Part shown: one piece after another, positions 26,001-37,980 of the stretch
Layout of the letters: each line of letters begins with the position of its first letter
Numbering within the stretch: the first letter of the stretch is position 1
NCBI RefSeq assembly: GCF_036588685.1
Contig: NC_086377.1
Location: 19,654,001 to 19,718,000, forward strand
DNA length: 64,000 nucleotides
Source: Mytilus trossulus
Lineage: Eukaryota
Reading direction: 5' to 3'
Made by a program: the position numbers and the translations under genes
Notes under the pieces: generated by a model
What the model saw: only the letters and a program-made list of their open reading frames with translations
Database searches by the model: none
Told to the model about the DNA's origin: nothing

Positions 26001-26810
26001 AATGGAGAAAAAAAGTGTACCTCATATCAAATGACAATACGAAAAATTCAAATCCAAGCTAAACATAGGAATAGGTACACGTACTTTGATTCCGACACGG
26101 ACCGTGATTTCGCTGGTTTTATTAAAATATAATCATCGTACTTTAATATTGTTTTTTAGTTTGTGATTTTATTTGATAAAGCATATTCAGAGATGGTCTA
26201 GACTTTTTTTACGACTAGATATTGATTTGTGTGGTGTCGAACGAGTTCATGTGATCTGTTTTACTGTTCGAGACATTTGTTGCTTGTGAATTTTGGTATG
26301 TTTTGTATGATAGAATAATATTTTAAAAGGATGGATTTAAAAAGAATAAAATTATAATAATTGACCCAGATTCACAGCAAACAAGTCAACCTGCTTTGTA
26401 TCATATAGAAATCAAATCAATCGACCACAGTAATGATCTGTATAACATATTGATTCACACAGTGATCACAGCTACGCCCTATATGACAAATCCTCCCTTT
26501 ACATGTACACAGCAATTGTGACACCATAATTTATATTAGATAATATACAATAAACATTGGTTTTTGAAGCTTTAATAGTAAAATATTAAATACGGTAACC
26601 CGTAAAAAAGCTCCAATCGCCATGTATTATTTCCGATCCAAGTCCAGGGTAATGACGCACTTTCACAACATCTCCTTTGTGCATATATACAACTGCATTC
26701 ATCGACCCTTCCTGTGATCCTCCGCCTGTTGCCGCATGTCCACGTGATATTTCGGTGCTGTTTTGAACCATTTGAAGATGTAGTTGAGTCGCAGTGTGTG
26801 GTCTGAGAAA
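23060..26810 (+). repeat. Segmental duplication unit X, copy 2
   Basis: See copy 1; a third, TE-riddled partial copy spans about 28960..37000. Confidence 0.85.
25661..25888 (+). mobile_element. Retrozyme fragment of a second family with a core-mutated hammerhead (25815..25858)
   Basis: ACATCA ATGAAGA GACA-tgtat-TGTC GAAA TGCGC ATC TGGTGC: a CUGAAGA-type core with the first C changed to A. The segment is absent from the paralogous position near 18970. Confidence 0.7.
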
Positions 26811-28523
26811 TGTGCAAGCAAAGAAGTATATTCCATTGAAGGGTGCTGTGAAATGACCCGTGTGTTGGTTATATGCTTTACCAATATTGGTTATCACGTG
26901 ATCAAAAATTACAGTCTGTGTGGAACCAAGGGTTACAGATGGAGTCAATCTAGCATGAAAGGCTACTTTATTGAAAGGAATCGCTGAACCTGCTATTTAG
27001 AAAAACAAATAACGGTTATATCCACTTCTGATGCTTACATTTCTTATTCACATTAAGTAGAAATAAGAAAAAGGATGCATAATTGTAAATGTATTACGAT
27101 GTAAGTCTTCTTTTGTGAATTTGAGAAATTTAAAAAAAAAAGTAATGGCTTAATGATTGCGTTCATTTCTGATGCATACAAGTCTTATTCACGTCAAGTC
27201 TAATTTAAAACAGGTGGATACTTGTAAATGCATTACGATGTTAATATCCTTTTATGAATTACAATCAAATGATCTTAACTCTACTCTTGAATTGTTTTAT
27301 ATATATATCAATTTCATTGGAATGTGTCCTATATTTAAATGTACATAAGTTAATTTTAGCAATAGATTCTTTTGTAACATATTTTTTAAAAAATTACAAC
27401 TGGGTCAGGCTCTCAATAATCACATTCTCAATATTGTTTAGTGACTGAAAACCGTATGCATAACTATTTGTTTTATATCTATAAAACATTTGTTTTATTT
27501 CTATAAAACATTTAACTTACTCTCTCCAAGAAGTCTGTTGGTTCTCTGAAGAGTATCAATTGCTTCTAACAATGCTGCTTTTGCTTTACCTACAACATGT
27601 ACAATACACTCATCATAGCTACCAGGATTAAAATTTTGTATTTTCGCCAGACGCTCGTTTCGTCTATAAAAGACTCATCAGTGACGCTCAAATCGAATGT
27701 TTTTGAAAAGGCCAAATCAAGTACGAAGTAAGAGCGTTGATGACTATAACTTGGGAAAAGTTTTTCCACATCCCATCCAGCTAGCGGTTAGATTAAATTA
27801 TTGTGAATACAATTGATAGAAACTTTATCTGTACCATTTATAATTCAGACCCCTTGCAAAAAAAACGATGTTTCAGAGCGATGACTATCAAAGATGAGTG
27901 CTGAAGCAGGATGAAAATTCCAATCGAATATGTTAGCAAAACAAAGTAAATAGTTCAAACAGTGAGTAACCAATTAACCTTTAACGAGACAAACATTTCT
28001 CAAATCACATAATTATGCAATATGTAAGACTACGATTTGCCGCTTAATAATTTAAGGAGAACTCATGCGTTATTTGTAAGATAAGATAAGACAATTTATT
28101 TTTAGTCGGGTTACATAAAATACCCTAAACATAAGCTCTCTACAGTTTTTTGCCGACATCAATAACAATTACAACACATACAATATAAAGACATATAGAA
28201 CAGATACAACACACACAATAGACAATATAAAGACAGCTATATTGTACAAGCAAAGTTCAAATATTATATAAAATCAATCACAAGCAGGTTAAGCACTAAA
28301 CTAGATTATAAGCACATGCACATCAGACAAATAAAAAAGATTAACTAGTTCTAAAATTCAGACCAATTGTCGTCATATTGACATGGAAACACGTATATCA
28401 TTATCATGTAAAGACACGCAGCGTTGACTACTTACTAATTTTTCGGCAACAGTCATCTTCACCATAAACTAATGCAATACTTATGCATGTTATAAACAAT
28501 AGGCTAATAAATATGTACTTCAT
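26586..28523 (-). CDS. Secreted C1q-domain-containing protein, gene 3 (187 aa), mosaic of gene 1-like and gene 2-like parts; exons complement(28436..28523, 27521..27589, 26586..26992)
   Basis: Exon 1 MKYIFISLLFITCISIALVYGEDDCCRKI; exon 2 (S)KAKAALLEAIDTLQRTNRLLGE; exon 3 gC1q domain ending SFFTGYRI*. Lengths 88+69+407=564 nt, in frame, GT-AG sites. Confidence 0.92.
27645..27688 (-). ncRNA. Minimal type I hammerhead ribozyme (retrozyme-derived) in intron 1 of C1qDC gene 3, sense orientation
   Basis: Minus strand reads AGCGTCA CTGATGA GTCT-tttat-AGAC GAAA C-gagc-GTC TGGCG. The CUGAUGA and GAAA core is complete, with a 4-bp stem II, 2-bp stem III, GUC cleavage triplet and 5-bp stem I. Confidence 0.85.
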
Positions 28524-29259
28524 TTTTGCTTTCAAAGTATTTTCGTCTTATCAAGTTGGTCGGTACGACATGAATCTGTAACCATTTGGTAATGTGTTTT
28601 ATCATTACCTTACATATTATCATGAAGTTATTAGATACCATAATGATCATATTGCGTGCTAACATATAAAAATACACATACTACAATACAAAAGTGCACG
28701 CTAGTTTTTTAGATTGCAACATTTGTTGAACAGATTTTGTTTGCTGTATATGTCAGATGGTCAAAAGTAAAATCCCAAAAATACTGAACTCTGCGGAAAA
28801 TTCAAGGGGAAGTATTTCTGATTAGTTATCAAGCGGCACACATAACAATCCTATGGTGCCCTATACCTGCCATAAATCTGAGTTGACCAAGTTAATCTCG
28901 ATAAGTCAACACAAATCAGATATGTTGACGACAACTCTACACAAGTCATGATTTTTTTCGTGATAGAAGTTTAATGTATTCTTCGTTTTTGACTGAAGGA
29001 CATCAAGTCGGCGTATCAATGTCAAATACTTTTTCAGATGTATCTTAAATAAAACCAGATGTACCTCAAGGGTGAGTTTTAGGTCTTATATTTAGGTCTT
29101 TCCACTTTTCTTCTGATCCTTATTATTGTTTCTTCTTCCGACACGTTTTCTGACGGTGTTTTTGGTTTTGCAAGAGGTCACTTAGATTGTTGACATATTA
29201 TATCGAACAGTAATCACGATTTTGAAACTGACCCTGTTTAGCCGAACACTTTTTATTGT

Positions 29260-30160
29260 TATCTCCCCAAACACTGTTTCTCTTGAGTACAAATCTCTTC
29301 CGCAGTGGCAAAGGTTACAACAAAATCAGTTCATCAATTTGTTCATTATATCCTAAGGATCTTAGAAATATATTTGAGCAAAGCGGTCCGGACACTCCAT
29401 ATGAGAGTTATTTTTCCTTCTGAATTTAAATTCAGTAAAATGTAAATGTAAATGGTACCCATAACTGATAGAGACCTAGAGTTTTTTGATTTGAGGAGGT
29501 CCTTGGTCCAAACGAAAGAAAATAGGGTCACGGTCAAATGTCAAGGTCGTCTCTAAATTTTGATTTTGGCCTAATTTCACCTCTTTTCAAACAACATATC
29601 AGATATCGACAACATTTGTTTTACTTAATTATTAGCTGCGACATAGCGTAATACATATATATTGGTTCAAATGGTACGCTGACATTAAATTAGAGTTTCC
29701 TCCCCTCTTTTATATATGCGTTTGGTGATATAACTCATCAACCAAATATAATTAGGACTTAGTATCTTTTGATTTGAGGTCCTTGGTTTATGACCTAGAA
29801 ATTGAGCTCAAGCTCATGGGTTAATTTTCTTGATTATGACCTTTGCTTTTACCTAATATGTATAAATGATAAAGCCATGGAATTGTCTGCATTAAGATGC
29901 AAGCCATATGACCTTGAAAAGAACACCGGAAGTTACCTGTGTAAACCGGAAGTAACTATTGTGTGTACTCTTTGAAAGTAAAAGTATATAAAACAATATA
30001 TATTTGGTGACAGTGTGTCAATTAAATAGTTAAATGATATCGAAAGTAACGTTTTGTAAACCGGAAGTATTTATTTATCTACCTTATTTTAATAAATTGC
30101 ATAGAAACCATATAATATTGGAATCAGCGTATTATAGGCTATCATTTGAAGCTGTTAATG
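29260..30160. repeat. Interspersed repeat, inverted homolog of 5990..6700
   Basis: See the paired feature; internal tandem aaccggaagta units. Confidence 0.55.
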
Positions 30161-30214
30161 ACATTTTACAATATTCATAATATTTATTAATGGTTTGCCT
30201 TAATTAATCCCTAA

Positions 30215-31272
30215 TCATACTATAGATCATTTGCTAATGATCGCACTATTTTTGTAATTGGAACAGCCAAAAGTCAATGTGGTGTTAGAAAATATTTGCC
30301 ATTTGGTTAATGAAAACAAAATGTTAGTTAATGTGCAAAAAACTAAGACAAATAGGTTCAAAACAAAAACTTTCCGTCATGTGCAATGACATATTAAATA
30401 TATCCGTTAATATCCAACAAATAAATAAAAGTCAGTGTGAAAAGGTCCTTGGTATTTTTGTTGATACCACGCTTTCTTGGTATAATCAAATAAATCATAC
30501 AATTAAAAAAAAAGTTAATTATTCATTGACTTTTATTAAAAAGGAATCAAGAAATACTTGAATCATAATGCACGAATTCTATTTGACTATACATATATTC
30601 TTCCACATTTGAATTACTGTTGTTCATTATGGGAAAACTGTAACAAGATTTTAGTTTGACAGTCTACTTAATTTGCAAAACAGGTCAGCAAGAATTATTT
30701 TAAACGAACACGATATTCGTAAAACATATTTTGAACTATTTAAGGATTCTGGAATTATTCCCGTTACTAAGAGAAGACGTTACCACAAATCATTATTAAT
30801 GTATAAATCAAAACATGAACTGGTACCAACATATTAATCCAATCTGATTGTGCCTACAAATAGTAAACAATCGTACAATACCCGATGTTCACTATCGGAT
30901 AATTATTGTCCTTTTAAAAATCAAATACAGAATTATACAAATCAAGTTTTTCCTTTAGTGGTCCAAAAGTGTAGATTTTGCTATCCATTGAAATAAAAAA
31001 AATAAAAAAGCATATATGCATTCAAATACTCTTACAAGTCATTATATTGGTAAAAGTGTGAAATTTATGAGATAATCCACGTTGTATACTATGGGTGTTT
31101 TTTTGTTGGTGTTGTTATATTTTGTTTATATAGATATTGGAAGATGTGGTGTAAGTGCCAATGAGACAACTCTCCATCCAAATTACAATTTAAAAAGTAA
31201 ACCCTAATATACATCTATTATTGATATTGTATTGGAAAGCCTTATAACAAAATGATTAAATCCAAACGAGTT

Positions 31273-31355
<83 letters not shown>
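30215..31355 (+). mobile_element. 5'-truncated CR1/L2-type LINE with (ATT)n tail
   Basis: RT C-terminal remnants KVLGIFVDTTLSW..I, ILPHLNYCCSLW and LQNRSARIIL; ends in the (ATT)n run at 31276-31355. Confidence 0.7.
31276..31355. repeat. (ATT)n microsatellite, about 26 units
   Basis: Directly visible; one ATC interruption. Confidence 0.95.
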
Positions 31356-31357
<2 letters not shown>

Positions 31358-31478
31358 ACAAAAAGAACGACTTTGACGCTTTATTTATCTAAAAAAAGAA
31401 TACAAGATGTTATCTTATCACTTAAAATAACTACATGTATCGCTAAACGATAATTTCGAGTAATCAGATAGAATAATT

Positions 31479-34400
31479 GAGCCGCGTCGGATAGAAATCG
31501 ACCTTATGCAATTCGACGTCAAACCGAGTAACGTTACGATAAAGTTTCACAAGTTTTCATACAGGTAGTTTCTGACGTTATAAAAAAAAACATGTCGCTA
31601 TCCTACAAAACTACGTTTTTTCTAAAAAATATTGTGCGAACATTTCTGGTCGGATTTTAATGTACTAGGTACCAATAGAAGCAGAATTGTCAGAGTTATA
31701 TTTGTTTATTTTGATAGACTTTTGTTGTGAAACGTTTTCAATTTTTGGTTATATATAACCAGTATTGTTTTTGTTCAGAAATTTCTTATGTATTTCAACG
31801 AAATTAAATTGTAAAAACTGTTATACATGTTCATAACATGAGAAACAAAAGTAATGGACGACAAAACTATGACAAATTAAACTAGTATACTTTCGACGAT
31901 TCTACGTATTTTAACTCCGTATTTGTGAAAATCCAACATAATATGCCTTCACAAATTTTTTTTAGTGGGGTTTTATATGAAATTTGTAAAAAAACATACG
32001 GGGAAACCATACAATGTTAATCTGAATAAAACGGGCCCTTATCTAACGTATTCCATACATATAGGACAAAACTAGTATATTATTTCTGACAAGTTTAGTA
32101 AAAAATGCCTATAATGTTTCACGGAAACCGCTTTATCCGGTCCGACATGAACATTTCCAAATTATCCGGGAACCGTCATCTGCGTGTCGCGTGTCGTCAG
32201 CTTTAATAAAAAACAATGTTCCTGAATACTGTCCTTTTCTAAATAACATATTTCTCAACATTAATATCAGTTTTGGCTAACAGGAATACATTGTTTTGCT
32301 AAGGTACGTAAACTTCCTAATACGTTCTATATATTGAACTATTTTTACGTTCACGATCTATTTTTACTTTTTATACAAAGTGAATTTAAAGTACAAATGT
32401 ACTATGATCTACTATCTATTTTAGTAAAATTTATTTTCATTTCATTCAGTGGCATATGACACCTGTCTTAAAATATAATTGTATACAATTCTTAAGCTGA
32501 ACTAAACTAAAGTAACATTCTGAAAAACTATTTCTAGTAGTTAAAAACGAAATTTGTGCTGTATTGCAAAACTTTGCTACACACAGTCATGACAATGACA
32601 CACGCAAAAACAAAATTAGGTCAAAAGTAATGCATATCATTGTACCGATGCATTTTGGAAAATCTAAAAAGAAATATTAACACAAACATACAATATTAAA
32701 CAAAGACCAAGACGTGCTCTAGGTGGATTTTGTACTATTTGCGTGCAATTTATCTGTTCTTAACTATTCAGAAATTTAGAAATGTTTTGCGTGTAGTTTA
32801 GTTCAATAACATTTCTATTTAGAAATTGAAAGAAAGAGGGAAACATTTGCATAATACATGTGTACATGCATTTCGAAAACTAATAACTTTCAAAATAAAA
32901 CCTTTTAAACCTTCTTTTTCATATCCCGACAACTTTAAAATTAGTATTCGGGCAATAAAATTCCCGATCTATGCATCCGTTGGTCTTACAGTTTTGCGTC
33001 CGTCCGTCCGTCTGCGTGATTAAGGTAACAATTTTGGAAGATGTAAACTGTGATGTCGGATTTATAAATAATAAACCAAAATTTCATCTAAAAAAAACGT
33101 TTATTTTGAAATTTGAACTACTATAATTTAAATAGATAGTATTTGAGATTTTGATCTACCTGTCACAAATCACTGGTGAACTATAATGGCGCAAAGCGCG
33201 ACAACCAGTTGTATAGAAAAATTCTCTTGGTTCAATGTGTCTTTAATTTCATTCCTTTTTAATGTTGTAGTAAATTTCTGAAATGGACTGGTTCAATAAC
33301 ATAGGATGCGAAGAACTAGAAAATGAAGCAGTTGCCTATTTTGAACAATATATAGGGTCAATACCAGAGGTTTCGGCATCAAGCAATAATGAACTGATTG
33401 AGTCTGATAACAGCGATTCCGATATTGAAAATGACGAATCTGATATTGTAAATACATGTGACACAATTTAAGCTAGGGCCCGGGAATTTTATTCCACTTC
33501 CGCCATTCAAGATCAATCGGAAAATACATGTTCTCTTAATCAAAATGATGAATTAGAGGATCCTTCCCGACTTCGAATAAATGCTCTTTTTGCTGACAAC
33601 TGTAATTGTACAAAAAAATGTTTTACAAAGCTTTCCACATTTAGAGAACAGACCTATGATGTATCGTTATCTGTTTGTGAATTTACAAAAGCAGAGCGTG
33701 ACATATACTTGCTTTCAAAATTAGAAAACTTAGAAATAACAGACTCGGTTTTCAGAGGAGGAAAGAGAGAACGAAAACGATACCGATATTCTTTTCAAGG
33801 ATGTAAGATATGCGAGTTCACATGGAGAAATATTTATAAAATTGGGAGGAGCGAATTTAAAAGTTTAAAACAACACTTAAATGCAAATGGCGTAGCCCCT
33901 CGTCCGCATGGTCTTAGTGGAAGAAAATCGAATCACGGACATTCATTTGAAGTGATTGAAAATACGATAAAATTTATCAAGCGGTATGCTGATGAATTTG
34001 GTCTTCCTCTCCCGGCTGCGCCTCGGACAACCGACAATACCCCTCCTATTCTACTACCTTGTAGCGAGAGCAAGAAATATGTACACTCCAAATATGTTAG
34101 TTCATGCGTTAACTCAGAACAACAATATTTTCAACTAACCGTATTTAAAGAAGTTTGGAATGCATGTGTCCCTCATATTCAATTGATGAAACCAAAAACG
34201 GATCTGTGTAAAACGTGTTTTCAGTTGAGGGAGGATATTTCCGGATCTATTTCAGAAGACGCAAAATTAGTGACAACTCAAAAATTAATTGACCATATAC
34301 AGTCTGCGCGGACGGAGCGTGAATATTATAAATTATGTACACAAAGATCACGTTATGAATTAAAGTTAGCTGAGTCTCCAATAGGAAAGTATAACACTTC

Positions 34401-35606
34401 ATGTTCAAAGAATTTTGAAAATGTTCATTACACTTTTGACTTTTCACAATATGTAAATTTGCAACATTCGTCTCAACAAGTTGGAGCTCTATACTTTTTA
34501 ACACCTCGAAAGGTTCAAATATTTGGAGTTTGCGATGAAAACTTTCCAATGCAAACTAATTATTTGATTGATGAGCAACAAACAATCGGAGGGAATGGAA
34601 GTCGGACACATCGACCCAATGCTGTTTTAAGTATGCTCACCATTATCTGCATGGTAGTACTTACGGTGAAAAAGCGTGTCATTTTCATGCTGATAATTCC
34701 GTGGGACAAAACAAAAATAAAAATACTTTACATTATCTGTTGTGGAGGTGCGCAAAGGGTTTACATAAAACTATTAACTTGCATTTTATGAATGCTGGGC
34801 ACAGAATTTTTTTATGTGACGCATGTTTTGGCATGTTGAAAAACATTTTTAGAAAGTCGGACGTAATTACTGATTCGCAACTGGTTAAAATTGTTGACAA
34901 TTCTGTCAAATGCAATAGGTCATATGTTTTCAATGAAAATGACGATGACGAAAACAGCTTAAAATGGTACAGATGGGATAATTTCTTCACTAAATATTTT
35001 AAACCACTCAGAGGTATAGGAAAATTAAATCACTTTAGATTTACCAATGACGAAGTAGGAGTCGTATTTGCGAGAGAAACTCTTGATGAACCGGAGAAAA
35101 GACTGGTCCTCCTAAAGGAAAGCGCAAACCTACCGGAGTTGCTTACGATACTTCCAGAAATTATTTAGCCAGCAGGGCTGACAGAGGAGAGAAAGCGTTA
35201 TCTGTACAATGAAGTCCGTCCTTTTGTTCAGTTTAATTTCCGTGTCGAATTTTGTCATCGTGCTTCAGAGGAGTAACATTTTACATATGCTGGTTAAAGT
35301 TGGATTGAAAACTTGAGAATCATGTATTGCTTCGTTGTAATAACCTTATAAATTAAATTAAATATTGTATGTCAATGTATGATTTCATATCTCTCTTTAT
35401 TGTGATAAAAGGACCGATACAGAATAAAATTAATGCACGATAACGGTAATTTCACGACGTTGTCGTGAGATCTGATGTTATATATAATTAAAAAGAGTAA
35501 AAAGTTTTTTTGTATTCAAATTGTATGACTATCAGCAAAATTGATATGAACAAAACTCATTTTGAGATTTTTTTTGCATAAGGTCGATTTCTATCCGACG
35601 CGGCTC
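31479..35606 (+). mobile_element. Sola-superfamily DNA transposon (probably Sola2), 4128 bp
   Basis: Perfect 33-bp TIRs GAGCCGCGTCGGATAGAAATCGACCTTATGCAA (31479..31511 and 35574..35606) with 5'-GAG termini; AT-only 4-bp flanks (aatt and atat, an imperfect TSD); internal DDD transposase. Confidence 0.85.
33283..35276 (+). pseudogene. Sola-type DDD transposase pseudogene (about 660 codons)
   Basis: ORFs 33283, 33709 and 34701 join into one reading frame broken by TAA (33469), a 1-nt frameshift (about 34638) and TAG (35166). Motifs: C-x2-C..H, HYTFDF, HADNSVGQNKN, GH..CDACFG and C-terminal PAGLTEERKRYLY. Confidence 0.85.
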
Positions 35607-35825
35607 ATATAATGAATTGTTGAGATATATCTCGAGTTATTTTTTCTCGAAATATGGGTCAATATATAAAAAAAGAAAGGTATGATTGCCAATCAAGGTC
35701 GTTTTATTTGTTTATTGTTACATTGAATGCTGTTCCAAAGTTTGCTTGTTTTGGGTATTTTGTATTGGTTTTCATCTGAAAATCGATAAATCTAAGGTGA
35801 CGCCCCCTACAGCCGAGATATATAA

Positions 35826-36380
35826 ATAAAGGCAACAGTAGTATACCGCTGTTCAAAACTCATAAATCCATGGACAAAAAACAAAATCGGGATAACAAAC
35901 CAAAACCGAGGGAAACGCATTAAATATAAGAGGAGAACAACGACACAACACCGAAACGCAACACACACAGAAACGGACCAAGCATCAGACAAAACACCAC
36001 GAGAATAACAAATATAACATGAAAACCAAATGCATGAATTTGGGATAGACAATTACCGTGCCACGTCTTATCTCAATATCTCAAAAATAAGAGAAAACAC
36101 AAACGACTCAACGTTAAAATGCAACACACACACACAGAAACGAACAAAAATATAACAATGGCAATCTTCCTGACTTGGTACAGGACACTTTTAAAGGGGA
36201 ATAAAAGTGGTGAGTTGAACCTGGTTTTATGGCATGCCAAACCTCGCACTTTAATGGCAAAGTTAAATACAACATTGAAATGACAACATAATATTACAGG
36301 CTACAATACAAATAAATAGGAGAACATATTAGACAAAGAAAAACATGATTAATAGATAGCAAAAATCATCAGGTTTAAAA
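35826..36380 (-). repeat. Interspersed repeat family B (hairpin end aacagtagtataccgctgtt)
   Basis: Near-identical to 39420..39755; fragments at about 1460, 12305, 40090 (inverted) and 42865. Confidence 0.75.
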
Positions 36381-37007
36381 ACCAGACAAAAATTTTATAT
36401 TTGTTTACAATATATAGTAAGGTTAACCTACAAACAAGATTTCATAAAGATTGGAAGAAGTTGCTTCCGTACTATTTTGCATTGTTTTCTAATGGATAGG
36501 TTCTACAAAAAGATGAAACATATCACGCCGAAGCTACATATTATCATTGGAATAAGAAAAAAACACGATAACCGGATAATTATCTTGATTAGTTAGAAAA
36601 CCTTTCAAGAACAATTCTGAAAATGCTTCATGACTTGTCGATATAAAACAACAGAAGTCGTTAAAATACACATTCCATGTTTACCAATCTAGATAAGTAA
36701 TGCTAACTCAACATTATCTGCATGGCAGCAATTGACTTTCATAACAATCATATAGTGGCTTTGAAAAAAAATGAATCATGCAGCAGTGTGTTGTTTCTCA
36801 TTTTGGCGTTGACACATTTTCTTTTATTATAATTACTGTGCAGTATTCTTGTTCGATAACGAGTATTAATATAACCATTAAAGTGGGTTAAGGTGATATC
36901 CTTATTATTCATCGTATGGCTATTTCTGGATTGCAATCTGTCTTGTCATATCCATACAAGACATTACATGCCATTCGGTTACATAAACATGTTAACTTCA
37001 ACATTTG

Positions 37008-37110
37008 TAGGACTTTGGTGGCCGAGTGGTCTAGTAGGTCATTAACTGTATTCCTACCTTGACAACACTGCCGTTAAATACAAACTAAAATCAAATCATC
37101 AATCACGCAA
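37008..37110 (+). mobile_element. Internally deleted tRNA-derived SINE
   Basis: Pol III A-box TGGCCGAGTGG followed by a (aatc)n-like tail; no B-box or cloverleaf. Confidence 0.45.
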
Positions 37111-37574
37111 TCACTCAACTAGATATGCATTTGAAACTTCTTAGAGACCCATGGTGGCATGTTAATAAAATAATAATTGACTGTCATACAAGTGAGAGCT
37201 TTAGATATATGAAACCGGGTTCAATCCACATTTTGTTTACATTTGAAAATGCCTGTACCAAGTCAGAAATTTGACAATTGTTGTCCATTTGTATGATGTG
37301 TTTCATCATTTGACTTTGCCATTACATAACGGACTTTCCGTTATGAATTTTCCTCAAAGTTCAGTATTTTTGTTATTTTACTTTTTTTTGGTATAAAGAA
37401 TTTTTTTTTCCAAGGACAATCATGCTTAAACAAATCTTTGGCTTGGTCTTGGTATCTCTTAGTTTAACCTTATTAACGTTTACTTTGACTTTGAAGCTTA
37501 CTACGTAAACTTAAACGTTTAGTACGTAGAATATAATGTTTGAATACAGATGGTGCGTACGCTGTCAATGAATA

Positions 37575-37975
37575 TGTGCTCTCTCCACTCGAGACAGTTA
37601 CATAATTAAAGCGCGAGGCTTGCCGAGCTTTTTTAATAATTTATATTTAACTGCTGAAAGTGGAGAAATATCGTTATACACGAGTTACAATGGTAGAATC
37701 TGTTTCTATAATGATTTTTATCCTTCCTTTTCAAGGATTTGAAGAAAGTTGTGTACTTTAAATGTGATGTCACCAGGCAAGGTCGCCTTTTTTCATGACG
37801 TCACAAAAAGAAAATTCAGAAGAAAACAAGACAATTTAACGTCACAATTAAATATCAACCAATCATTTGACGAGAACAGATTTTTCACTAGTGAGGAGAC
37901 ATTTTTTTCTCACACCTGTCAGGAAATGTTAAAATAGCACAAAAATGAGAGAATATCATTTCACAGATCATATTA
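37575..37975. mobile_element. Decayed hairpin-ended element (Crypton-like architecture)
   Basis: Hairpin tctccact..gcgaggcttgccgagc..agtggaga (37582..37666); imperfect IR at 37697 and 37861. Confidence 0.45.
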
Positions 37976-37980
37976 AATAT

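Noticed and set aside
34247-34990. Antisense ORFs within the transposase and the C1q exons (e.g. 12642, 26784, 48058)
   Set aside because: Shadow frames of real coding sequence with no independent motifs.
37008-37110. tRNA gene
   Set aside because: Only an A-box is present, with no B-box or cloverleaf; it fits a SINE head.
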